Shown one piece after another: positions 13,513-25,958 of a stretch of DNA of 64,000 nucleotides (within the stretch, counting starts at the first letter, position 1; every line of letters begins with the position of its first letter). Source of the DNA: Azolla caroliniana (taxonomy: Eukaryota; Plantae; Polypodiophyta); NCBI GenBank assembly GCA_043228905.1, contig JBHGNT010000003.1, positions 17,360,001 through 17,424,000 on the forward strand, in the 5' to 3' direction. The notes beneath the pieces are model-generated. The model was given only the letters and a program-made list of their open reading frames with translations. It was not told where the DNA came from and did not search any database. The position numbers and the translations under genes were made by a program.

Positions 13513-13933
13513 TGTAAAAATGAAGGTACGGAAGCTTTAGACAACCGGCTTGGCCGAATAGCAACATAGAGAGAGAGAGAGATTAACACACAAAAGCTAC
13601 GCAGGAAACATTGAGAAAGAGCAGAACAACTTAAATCTATTATCAATAACTCTGTAAAATTCACTTTAGATACAACGTGCTCAACAACACTATTTATATG
13701 TAAGTCCTAAGAGGAGTGACAGAAATACAATGTACTTCAATGCTCACACGAGCGTCTGATACTAACTACGAGACATTAGCTACCTAGTAGTCTAGGTTGC
13801 TACTAGGCTTCCGGCTACTGCTTGATCCGGCTAACCGGCTCCCCGGCTCACCGATCTGGCTCATCCTTCCGGATGCCGATCCGACTCAGGCTTATTCAGC
13901 CAATCTGGATCCGGTTCAGCTTGCCGCTCAACA
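13513..13933 (-). repeat. 5' LTR of copia A
   Basis: TGTTGAGCGG...TTTTACA on the minus strand, directly followed by TGGTATCAAAGC. Confidence 0.92.
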
Positions 13934-15790
13934 CTCCTTCCAAGGGTGATGAGGGTGATCTGTTAATCACGTACATCGTCGTCATCAGCGCCTCAGCCCA
14001 AAACGTCTTCGGACTCTCTCCATTATGGTCTGGTTCATCCGTTCAGCCAACCCGTTCAATTCTGGCGTCTTTGGAATGGTGAATTCGAGCCAAATTCCCA
14101 TTCAACGGCAGTACTCCTAGAACTGCCCTTGATATTCGCCTCTGTTATCTGCTCGAACCGCCTTTAGCTTCCAACCGGTTTCTCTTTCTAGTCTCGTGTG
14201 GAGCTCCTTGAAGATAGACAACACCTGATCCTTCGTCTTCAACGGTGAGACCCACAGCTTCCGGCTGTGGTCGTCTATGAACGTCACGAAGTACTGTGAT
14301 CCGGCATGTGACTTTGTCTCCACTTGACACACATCAGTATGCACCAGCTCCAGTGATGCATTCCGTCTCATCAATGGTCTTGACCGGAAGGAGGTTCAGT
14401 TTTGCTTGCCGGCCAAGCAATCAGTGCACTTCTCAAAATCTTCGACAAGTCTTCTCATCCCCTTCTCACTCATATGACACAGTCTCTTGTGCCATAGCTC
14501 ACCGTCATTGTCGGATGCTACGTTCACTTCTTCCTGGCATATCCGGGTGTGCATCAGGTACAACATGTTGATCTTCTGGGCTCGAGCCACGATCAAACTT
14601 CCTTTGCTGAATTTCATGACTCTGTTCCGGATGTTACCCATTAGCCTTCATCATATAGCCGACCGGTTGATATCAAGTTCAACCGAACCTCCGGAACGTG
14701 TTGGACATCCTTCAGCAGCAGCTTGCACCCGGTTGATGTCGTCAACCACACATCTCCTATGCCAACAATTCGGCAAGATCCTTCATTCCCCATCCGGACA
14801 CGACCGTGATCTCCGGCAGTGTAGGATGAGAAGCATTTCCAGTCCAGCGTTAGGTGGAATGGTGCTCCGGAATCAACAACCCACGTTGTCTCGTCGCTGA
14901 CAAGGTTTAACTCATTCTCCTTGGTGATGAGCAACAATTCTTCTTCACTTGTCGCGATTGCCGACGTTCCTTTTCGATCCGGACCTCTCCGGTTCGAACT
15001 CTTCTTCAAATGGGTGTTGTCAGTCCCTTTCTCTTTCCGGAAGTGCCTACAATTCTTCTTGAAGTGTCCTGGCTTCCCACAATAGAAGCAAGTAGGCGTC
15101 CCCCTTGACTTTGACCTTGTCACCGATTTTTCTCGGTTCTGGGGACTCCGGTACCGGTTTCTCCCTTGTTGTGTGTCGGATTCGGAAATCAGGGCTTTTG
15201 GCTCAGAGATCACTTCCTTGTCTTTCCGACGCGCCTCTTCATCTAACAAAGCTCGGCTTCACTCTTGCTAGGGATAGTTGTTTTCCTTCCGGCCCGACGT
15301 TACCCAAAGTGACAACTAGCGTCTCCTAGCTATCTGGGAGGGAACCGAGCAATAGCAACGCAAGTACCTCATCGGCCAGAGGTACTTCCAATGAGGTGGC
15401 TTGATTTATGAGCCCCTGGAAGGCATTCATGTGCTCCACCATATTGGAGCCATCTTGATATCTGAGTCTCACCAGCTTTCGGAAACCCGAGACTCGATTC
15501 ACGGCATTCTTGTTCTGGAACATGATGCCTACCTTCTCCTAGAGTTCATGAGCCTTTTTTTCTTCGTTGAAGTTATTGTATAGACTCATGTCGATGAAGC
15601 ATCTGATGTATGATGTCGTCTCATGTGCATCACCTCCCATGTCGTGGCATCGATCTTGTCCGGTTTCTTGTCCCCGAACTGTACCGGCATGTCCCTCATC
15701 TTCGACTTCCACACTGGGTAGTTGGAGCCGGTGAGCTTGAACATGCTTCCGAATGACTCTTCCATTTTCTTGTTTGCTTTGATACCAATT

Positions 15791-16324
15791 TGTGCGGAAT
15801 AGCGTTCGGCCACAACCGAGACTCAAACACTTTATGAAAGAACAAAACAAAAATGGAGGTTCGTACACTTACACAGAAGAGACGACACAGGATGTTTACG
15901 TGGAAAGCCCTAATAGGGAAAAACCACGGGAGCCCACAGACTCCAACTATCACTATACAAGAAAGGAGGTACAACAGGAGACTCAAAGGCAATGACCTCG
16001 AGCTCAGTATCTTCGTCAACCGGTGGCTTCACTTCTCTCTCTCTCTCTCTGTACTACTATGATACAACTAACAACAACAACAACACTAAAAGTGTATTAC
16101 AAAGTGATTGCCCTAAGTCATATTTATACTTATATGAATTTAAGACTATTTACAAATATAGCCTTTATAAGCACACCAGAAACATATTTGCATATATGTC
16201 CATGGATCCAGTTCACACCGGATCCATCAAGATATCTTCCAGCCCGGTTCGGTTGCTGCGTTCGGTTTGGTTCCTTCCTTCGGGTCATCCGATCTGGCTC
16301 TCCGGAGGGACCGAATTCCTAACA
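15791..16324 (-). repeat. 5' LTR of copia B
   Basis: TG...CA termini, adjacent iMet PBS at 15776-15787. Inserted in the YVDD region of copia C; right flank is CAATC. Confidence 0.85.
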
Positions 16325-19300
16325 CAATCAGCATGTCATCCACGTACAACAGGAGTATGAGGAAATCTCCTCCATCGAGCTTCTTCACAAACATGCAGTG
16401 ATCAGCCTACGTTTTATGGTAACCGTTGTCGGTCATGAAGGATTCAAATTTTTAGTACCATTTCCGACGTGCTTGCTTTAGCCAATATAAACTCTTCCTC
16501 GATCAACATACCAAGTTCTCTTTACAATTCTCCACGAATCCTTCTAGTTGGTGCATGTAAATCTCCTCCTCCAAATCTCCATGAAAGAAGACAATCTTGA
16601 CATCTAGTTGCTCGACTTCGAGGTTCATGTTGGTTGCTATGCTTAGATCTGTTCGAATTGACGTCATCTTTACGACCGGGGCAAATATTTCGTTGAAATC
16701 CGCACCTTTCTTCTGTTGGCAGCCCTTTACGACAATTCGAGCTTTATATCTCGGTGGATTTCCACTATATCTCGACTTCGGCTTGTATACCCACTTATTT
16801 CGGAGTGCCCTTTTCCTCTTTGGCACCTCGGTCAATTGGTATGTGTGGTTCTCATGCAAGGAATCCATCTCCTCTTGCATGGCACTTAATCACTTTCAGT
16901 TGTGGGTATCTCTCTAAGTTAGCTTCTTCAATGTTTTTCGGCTCCCCCTAATTGGTTAGCAATGCTCGTTCTTCATCCGGAAATCTAGGGGGGTCTCCTG
17001 TCTCTCATGGGATATTATCTACCTCCATTCGGTACAATAAGTTCTTCTTCGATTTCTTTGGCCGATTCAAAATCGGTTCCTTGTTCGGCCGGTTCGCCTT
17101 GTTCTTTAGTCGGTTCTCAATTTTGCTGAGTATTAAATCGGCCGACTGGCTTAGATTCGATTTTGTTCGAATCGACTTCTACTCGATTCGGCCGAGCATC
17201 GACTCGACTCAATTCGTTAGTTGGAGACTTATTCTCAATCTCCCAATCGAGAATCATCTTCTCTTCCATGAAGACAATGTTTCCGCTCCTAATCACCTTC
17301 TTCTCGGCTAAGTCACATAGCCGATAGCCGAATTCGTCGTCGTCGTAGCCGAGAAATATACATGGCCAAGATTTTGGGTCCAGCTTCCCCCTCTGGTCCT
17401 TTGCACATACACATAGGCAAGACAGCCGAACACCCTCAAGTGTCTGTATGAAACATCTTTGCCGCTCCACACCCTTTGTGGAATATCACCGTCCAAGGGT
17501 ACTGAGGGTGATCGGTTTATCACATATGATGCCATCCTCAGTGCTTCAGCCTAGAACGTCTTCGGTAACTTTACATGTGCAAGCATACTTTAGACCCTCT
17601 CCATTTCGGTCCGGTTCATTCTCTCGACCAAGCCGTTAAGCTCTGGCATCTTCGGCATGGTATATTCGAGCCGGATTCCCTACGCTCGGCAATATTCTTC
17701 GAATGGTCCATGGTAATCCCGCCATTGTCTGCTCGAACTGCCTTAAGTTTTCGGCCAGTTTCCCTCTCGGCCCTCGCTTGGAACTCTTTGAAGACGAATA
17801 GCACTTGTTCCTTCGTCTTCAGCATGGAAGCCCACAACTTCTAGCTACAATCGTCTATGAAGGTCACGAAATACTGTGAACCAACATGCGACTTTGTATC
17901 CACGTAGCATACATCCGTATGCACGAGTTCGAGTGACATTTTCTTCCTCATCGGGGGCCTCGATCGGAAGGAGGTTTTGTTTTGCTTGTCGGCCAAGCAA
18001 TCGGTGCACTTCTCAAGTTGCACGTTATTTACCTCTGGAATGAGGTTGTCATCGGCAAGTTTTCACATCCCCTTCTGGCTCATGTGGCACAGCCTCTTAT
18101 GCCACACCTCACCGGCTGTGTCAGTTGCCACGTTTACCTCGTTTCGGCATAATCGAGCATGCATTAAGTACAGTGTGTTGATCTTCCGAGCTCGGGCCAC
18201 ATTCAGGCTTCCCTTGCAGAACTCCATGACGTTGTCCCCAATGCTACCCGTGTAGCCTTCATCGTCCAGCCGACCGGCTGATATCAAGTTCAATCGAACT
18301 TCCGGAACGTGTCATACATCTCTCAACACAAATCTACACCCAGTTGACGTTGTCAAGCACACATCTCCAATGCCGACAATTCGGCATGCTCCTTCATTTC
18401 CCATCTTTACAGATCTGAGATCTCTGGCTTTGTAAGATGAGAAGCAAATCCAATCAAGGGATAGGTGAAAGGACGCACCTGAATAGACCACCCATGTCAA
18501 TTCATCACCGACACGGTTCACTTCATTCTGCTCGTTGATCAGCATCAGTTCCTCCTCACTTGTTGTGATTGCCGATGTGTTCTTGCTATCTGAAATCTTC
18601 TTCGGCTCGGCACCGTCGGCTGCCCTTTTTCCTTTCGGAAGTGTCAGCAATTCTTTTGGAAGTACCCCAGCTTCCCACAATAGAAGCACGTGGGCCTTCC
18701 CCTCGACTTCGACTGCGTCCCCAACTTATCTCAATTCTGGGAACTTCTATTTCGGCCTCTTCCTCAATTCATGTCACTTTCCGTGACAAGGGCCTTTCAG
18801 TCGGAAATGGACTCTCTATCCTTCCAGCGAGCGTCCTCGTTTAGTAAGCTCAAATTCACCTACTCTAGGGATAGATGCTTCCCTTCCAGTCCGGCGTTGC
18901 CCAATGTGACAACGAGTGTTTCCCAACTATCTGGAAGGAATCCCAACAACAATAGTGTTAATACCTCATCGACAAGAGGTACTTCTTGAGAGGTGGTTTG
19001 ATTCATCAGTCCTTGGAAGGCATTAATGTGCTCCGCAATGCTGGTACCATAGATTGAGATATACGCATTCATGGGACCTCCCCTATGAATACCAACGAAT
19101 ACGTATAAGAATATTTCTTCCAATATTCGTTAACTTTTTTTTTCCCCTTTTTTTCCCTAATTTTTTTTTGAAAAAATGCATTCGACGAGTAGCGAATAGA
19201 GAAGAGCTCTGCAAGGAATAGCAATAAGCAATCAACAAGGAACAACATCAAACATCGGCTCCTCGAAATTTAGGGTTCGACTGCGTCCTTTCCTCCTCCT

Positions 19301-20896
19301 GCGTAAGACATACACTCGGACAAAACAATACAAAGCAATAAGAGATATCATTCAAACTAGGGTAAAACAGATATGATCCAAGATAGAGATCACTCAAATT
19401 AGGTTAATCAGAAGGAATCCATAAAAGATACCACTCAACTTGGGTAGCAAAAGAAAGAAAGGAAAAAGAAAAAGAAACAGAAAGAAACCCATAAAATGTA
19501 AAGAGTCAATGAGGTTCAAAGCAGAAGAGAAAGAAGAATCTCATCAAAGGTATCATTTCTCATAAATATAGGTTAAGACAAGAGGAGAGAAACAGGGGGG
19601 GGATAAGTTATAAAAAATTTCCATGATTTGTTTACCTTGAGATCACAGGAGGGGATGCCTTGGCAGGGGTGGGCAGCAGCAACAATCCACAAGTTGTTGT
19701 CAAGGATGCCATGGGCAAAAGGCCAAAAGCAAAAGAAGCAGCAATGGCTATGGAAGCTTGAGGCACTCAATGGGTTCCACTAGTGGTTTTGATTTTTGAA
19801 GACCTTCCATTTTTCTATTAATTGGTGATTTTTCCTTCTTCTTTTTTTAAGTGAATTGAATCATTTTTATTATGTAAATTTATTTTCCATAAACGAATGG
19901 TTTTATAATATTCTTGGAGCAATTTTATATTCTCGAATACTACGAATATTGCGGATGTCGAATACCACGCATATCACGCATGGGTCAATCTATGGTTGGT
20001 ACCATCTTGATACCGGAGTCTCACGATTTTTCTGAAAACTAAGACTCTGTTCACAACGTTCTTGTTCTCGAACATTATGCCAATCTTCTTCCAAACGACG
20101 TCAGAACTCGTCTCTTCATCAAAGTTTTTGTATAGACTCATGTCTACAGAACACCTTATATATGCATCCGACTTCGGATGCATGACTTCCCAAGTTGATG
20201 CATCGATCTTGTCTGGCTTTGTCTTTCTGTATTGCACCAGCAACCACAAGTCTTTGCACACGAGCATATTCCTCATCTTTGACTTCCACATAGAATAGTT
20301 GGATCCGGTTAACTTGAACATTCCACTGAAATGTTCGTCCATCGCTCTGATACTACTTTGTCAGGATCGTAACCGGCCACAACTGGTTTCTCGTATGTAT
20401 ATTCGGGTGCAAAGACAGAGATAAAAGTCCACAGACACACAAAAATGAGAAACTCAAGGAGACACAGGTATTTAACGTGGAAAACCTGAAAGGGAAAAAC
20501 CACGTGGAGTCCACAAACTCCAAAATAGATCACTATGGGGAAAGAAGTACAACAAGACGATTCAAGGCAATAACCTTGAGCTCTTCTTCGTCAAGTGACG
20601 GCTATAGAGTTACACACTCTTTCACTCTCTCTCACTCTCACTACTAGTTACAAAGGCAACAACCTTCTCTAACTATACAACAATGATCCAACTACACATC
20701 ATAAAGTTTTCCCTAGTTGTATTTATAAGTTTATATAACTTTTTGGCTATTTACCGGTATAGCCCACATGGGGCACATTTAGACTATTTAAAAATATAGT
20801 CTCCCGATTTCAATTTTGGCCTTGGCCGAAATACTCATTGAACTCTATCATATTCGGTTCGTTCTCTTCCCATCCGGAGGGCCCTGTTTCACAACA
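16325..20896 (-). mobile_element. Ty1/copia element C (Tork-like), degenerate, 5' part, interrupted by B and a hAT element
   Basis: 5' LTR 20359-20896, PBS TAGTATCAGAGC 20344-20355, gag MFKLTGSNYSMWKSKM, and PR, INT and RT fragments down to YVDDML at about 16330. Confidence 0.88.
19048..19994. mobile_element. Non-autonomous hAT-like DNA transposon (947 bp)
   Basis: TIR CATAGATTGA / TCAATCTATG, 8-bp TSD GCTGGTAC / GTTGGTAC, subterminal GAATAC repeats. Removing it restores the gag of element C. Confidence 0.85.
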
Positions 20897-22957
20897 TGCC
20901 CAACTGGTGGCCAAGGGCTACGTGCAACAGTATGACCCCAACTACGACAAAACATTCACACTAGTTGTCAAAATGACAATCATCCAGGTATTGCTAATTG
21001 TAGTGGCGGCGAAGGGATGACACCTACACCACCATCTTCAAGTTTAGAATGACAGACTACAAATCCATCTCGACTCCTCTAGACCAAAACTTGAAGTTTC
21101 GCCAAGGTTCAGGAACGATGTGCGACTTGACACGGTTTTGACAGATAGTCGAAAACCTGATATACTTTACCATCACCCGATCGGACCTCAGCTCTTGGTC
21201 AGACTGATTAGTCAGTTTATGTCACAGCCTACCATTGACCACCTTCAGTGTGCGTAGAGGATATTGTGATATGTTAGCGTCACTAAGGACAGGGTATTGA
21301 TGTATCGAACCGGTGTAGCCGGACAATTGGTCGGGTACATGGATGCCAATTGGGCCGGAAATGCTGATGATATGCATTTTCATTGGGGAGCGCCGCGATC
21401 ACCTGGAGTAGCAAGAAGCAGCCGACAATTGCATTGTCGAGCACTAAGGCCGAATACAAAGACTACTCCTATCCCAACATGCGATGCCATATGGCTCAAA
21501 AGGCTCTTGAATGATCTGCAGATGGAGGTGTCCGAGCCAACAGTGATATACTGTGACAACCTCAACAATATCCAGCTAGTAAAGAACACCATCTTTCACT
21601 CTCGCACAAAGCACATTGAGGTGCGTTATCATTTTCTCCACGAGCGAGTTCTCTCCGGCAAAGTCGAACTTGTGTATGTTTGGACAGATCGGTAGGTTGC
21701 CAATATCTTCACCAAACCTCTTGGCCTAGACAAGTTGCAGCATTTCTCAAGTATGCTTGGCCGTCAGCACCTCGACATGCCAAACTTGAGGGGGAGAAGT
21801 AGTGAAAGCAAAAGCGAAAGGGAGAGAGATGAAGTCGGAAAAGCCGAATCGAATGTAGAATTCGATTTCGAGACGGCTAAAGAAGTCGGAATGTCTGGAT
21901 CGACTGAAGAAATTCGAGGACGGATCGGACGAGAGGACAAGTGGAAGGAGAACAACTAAAGGAAGACTATCTAGTTGTAGGGGGAGTGGTCGAAAAAGAC
22001 AGCCAAAGATGGAGCCAATTGAACAAGGGGGAGGTAGAGCTGAGAAGGGCAAGGCAAGTGGCAGAGCCAACCTAAAGATGAAGGTTAGGACCAGGACATA
22101 GTCAGATATGGTCAAGGGCTTGAAGGAGGACGAGTTGGAGACAGCCAATTCGGTTGAGAGCAGTAACGGATCGTAGATAGCTGATCCAGTAGAGAGAAGT
22201 GAGCCAGACGAGACGGATCATGTGAAGGCTAGACGGACAAGGAGGCAGCTGAAGTCAACACCGATACGGAGGAGCCAACAAGTCGAGGGGCGCCAATGTC
22301 GTAAAGCAAGGGAGCTGACAAGGGCCTCGAAAGCAGTCAACTCAGTCATAGGGGTCAAGGAACGTGGAACCAGACGTGTCGAGGAGCATTGGACCATAGG
22401 GGTCGTGGGATGCAGGACCAAACCGGACAAGGAGCACGAGCAAGGCATGAAGACGCTAGGAGAAGTGAAGGTTGTTGACACAATGAACCGACCTCAAGTT
22501 GAGCTTGACGAGGAGTGTTGAGTGGACAAGCTCAACATGGGCCGATCGGTTGAATAAGTCGAAAGTCGGATCGTGCATAGGTCAATCTACTAGGCCCGAA
22601 TCGGCTAAATAAGCCATAAGCCGAATCAATTAGTCAAGTCAGATGGAATCCGACAAGCTGTTAGGGAGCCTAGATGCCTATTTGGCCTATTTTAGGGTAA
22701 TTAGTGTCAGTCTGAGTTAATGAGCATTAAAGTACGTGTCAATACTTTTGTCAGTCCTTTTGAAGGACTTGTATAAAAAGTGCTCTCTAAGCACATTCTA
22801 TGTACTGAGTATTATTTTTTGCAATAGAGTTTTTGTGTCTGCTCACTTAGTGTCTCTCTCTCTACTACTCTATGTTTACCTAATTAGCTATTTTTTGTTG
22901 TCTAGCCGAGCCGGTTGTGTTCGCACATAACGCTTCCACACATGTAATCCTTTTACA
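20897..22957 (+). mobile_element. 3' part of Ty1/copia element E (A/F-related family), degenerate
   Basis: RT (LVAKGY) and RNase H (HSRTKHIEVRYHF) remnants, C-terminal extension, PPT at 22505-22515, LTR 22516-22957. Confidence 0.85.
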
Positions 22958-23565
22958 TAGTATCAGAGCGCGAGGGTTAGAAGAATCCTCTGTAGTCGAC
23001 ACGTGAACAAGCACAGAGACAAGCTTTTGTCTTCCGGAGAAGAAAAGACAGGAACATGGATCGATGCCGAAGTTGACGAACCGACCTCAAGTTGAGCTTG
23101 AGGGGGAGTGTTGAGTTGTCAAGCTCAACATGGGCCGATTGGCTGAATAAGCCGAAAGCTAGATTGGACATAGGTCGATGGGCTAGGTCCAAATTGGCTT
23201 AATAAGTCGTAAGCCGAATCAGCTAGTTGAGACAGATGGAATTCGACAGGTTGTTAGGGAGCCTAGATGCCTATTTTAGTAAATAGGCCTATTATAGGCT
23301 AATTAATGTCAGGCTTAGTTAATGAGCATTAAACTACGTGCCAATACTTTTGTCAGTCCTGACTCCTTTTGAAGGACTTGTATAAAAAGTGCTCTCTGAG
23401 CACATTCTATGTACTGAGTATTATTTTTTGCAATAGAGTTTTTCTGTCTGCTCACTTAGTGTCTCTCTCTCTACTACTCTGTGTTTACCTAACTTTTTGT
23501 TTCTGTTGTCCAGCCGAACCAGCTGTGTTCGCACATAACGCTTTTATAAACGTAATCCTTTTACA
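22516..23565 (+). mobile_element. TRIM-like mini unit: LTR-PBS-151 bp internal-PPT-LTR, sharing an LTR with element E
   Basis: LTRs 22516-22957 and 23109-23565, PBS TAGTATCAGAGC 22958-22969, PPT TTGAGGGGGAG 23098-23108. Confidence 0.8.
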
Positions 23566-25958
23566 CACATACTCAATTACAATTTTCCACCTCTGGTCAA
23601 ATTTATTAATTTCCTTTTTTGCACATTGTCAATCCATCCTATCTCTACACACCACTCCCAATTGCAATATTAACTAGTAAAATTCTTACATAGTGGACGC
23701 CACTACTCAATTCCTTCTTGTGTGAAATGTTTCACTTTCTATCTCATAGGGTATATTTGACTCTAGATTGAAGATATGAAGATATGATTTGGAAAATGGC
23801 ATCAAATTTGTTTAATTACTTTTTTGTAATGCCAATATATCACAACCTAGGAAAGATATGAAGGCTCAAGTTTCACACATTACATTACACACGTTGCCCC
23901 AAACTACAAATCCATATCTTCTTCTAGAATAGGGAAACAACAATCTTGAATACATGCTAGAGTTCATTACTATTTTGCCATCCACACACCATTGTGTCAA
24001 AACAATTTGCACACATTCTCCTGAATGTGAGATGAGGCATTGGGGTCCAAGTGAGGATACCCAACAACCATACATAGTTTGCCTTGTACAAGTGTTGGGG
24101 TTAAAGAGTATCACACTTTGATACAATTTGTTGCATTTAACCAAATTTGAGTTTGCTTTCAACGTATTGTCATTCCAACCCACTGCATACACCGTCCTTC
24201 TCACAATGACTATGTCCACTCTTGATTACAATGTTTATTAGAAAAATTCTTCAACATCAAGAGCCACTACACAATTCCACACACAGTAAACTTATGGTAT
24301 CATAGATCATATTTGACCTTCAAGGACCATAATGAAATCTCCCTCCCCCCTTCTCTATCTCTCATCATATGGGAATGAATGGTGGCTTATATGTGAGTCT
24401 TTTTTTACCTTCAAAGTTCACATGTATTGACCCCCACTTTTAAACAACATATGTTTGCTTGTTAGATGTGAACTATCTTTTTTAACATTAGAATCTAATG
24501 TTCACTCTAACTCTATGATAAAGGCATCAACGTTGTCATAAAACAAAATATCATTGCATTACATGTGATGATGAAGTAAATCTTGAATTATCCATATTGG
24601 AAAATGCTAGAAATAAAATTCACATGGAACAAAATATATACATATTTTCTGTGGTTCCTATTGACAAATTTTGTTATTGTAAGTGAGAGAGCATGCTATC
24701 TACTACGAAAGGCTTGTTGTTGTGTCCACAATGAGTACAATTTGGAGTTGGGAGACCCATCATGACATTTACTACTTGAATCTCAAATACATTGGGGATT
24801 CTATTCAATAAATTGCTGTCAAGACAAAAACCTTTGGTGGAGTTTCACATCTTTTTTGTTTCTTTTACATTTTCATGAAGTTTCTTTCATAAGATCAACA
24901 TTAGCAATGTTGTGCATTGAACTTTGTCGAATACAATACCATCATTTAAAGACAACAAGAAGGAGAATCTTTTTTAGTTAAAGTCGATATTATCAGAATA
25001 GACATGAGGCTGACATCCTCTCTACATCAAAGTCAAGATGTTAGGGTTAACTAACTATAAAAATTCAAAATCCCACAACAAAGTAGGGTGAAGATAATTG
25101 TGGCAATCAAATTCTCAACTTAAAGAATCTTACAATATGCTTACTTTGCGATAATCGGATGTCCATCAGAGTAGGTTCTAAAATTTTAAAACTCTTGGAT
25201 TTCAAAGGAAATATCATCACAATCTGGAGAAGAAGGAACATCAACCTAGAAATACCAGTCATTCACCGAGAATGATGTACAACGAAACCAACGCAAAGTA
25301 TAGAGCCTAGAACCTACCTATTACCATATGCTTTCTTCTTAAAGAAAAACATTTTTACAATATGATTACAAAATCATATTGTATGTGCATACAATATGCA
25401 GTGGTTTGGACCCTTACCTTATTAGTTATAGGTCATGAGCTTGCTTTTGTCCACTGCTGCTGCCATTGGTTAGTCCTCATTAAGAGGAGAAATAATAACA
25501 AATGTATCGCATGGCTCTGATTAAAAACATACAATATGTTTCGATATTTTCTTGTGGAAATGAAAGCCATTTACAATAAGTAGTCCATGTCATATATGTC
25601 AATGTTCATCCAATCAAAAATAGGAGAAAAGCAAAAAGAATGGGAGATGGGCTTCCTGAAGAAGAAGAAAACAAAAATAAATCATGTTCGTCAAGGTCCG
25701 TTGTCTTCTTTCTGGTAAAAAAATCAAGCCACACAAACTGACTTATTTGTTTCTGTTGATCATCCAGATGCATATATCACCATTAAGAGTTTCCGGAGTC
25801 ACTTTGGCAAGTGGTTTCAAAGCCAAAAAAGGTGAATAGTTAACCTTCCACCCTCCAATACTAGGGGGAATGTGGGGCTCTGAGATCTTTGGGTTTCTTT
25901 ACAAACATACCCAATCAAGCATCAATCATCAATCTTCAACGTTGGCTTGAAATTTTGA

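Larger units (their letters stand above)
2459..13933 (-). mobile_element. Full-length Ty1/copia element A (frameshifted), with nested chromovirus
   Basis: LTRs 13513-13933 and 2459-2893, 5-bp TSD CTCCT (2454-2458 and 13934-13938), iMet PBS 13501-13512, PPT adjoining 2894. Gag (NYASWSYKMHQYLLGHGYW), zinc knuckle, WYVDSG, INT, RT (YVDDL) and RNase H ORF pieces lie at 13423 to 8768. Confidence 0.95.
1067..16324 (-). mobile_element. Ty1/copia element B (Tork/Tnt1-like), degenerate, 3' end missing, interrupted by element A at 2459-13933
   Basis: 5' LTR 15791-16324 (TG...CA), 3-nt spacer, then PBS TGGTATCAAAGC (tRNA-iMet). Gag (FKLTGSNY, CFYCGKPGHFKKNC), protease WVVDSG, GAG-pre-integrase LWHKRLCH, integrase, and RT (QLDVKTAFLHG, LYGLKQ, YVDDML) occur across ORFs 15813 to 14117 and 2460 to 1186. 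Confidence 0.9.

Noticed and set aside
23700-24300. Possible decayed gypsy pol fragment on the minus strand
   Set aside because: Only a faint WLLMLKNF-like RNase H hint; too weak to call without a search.
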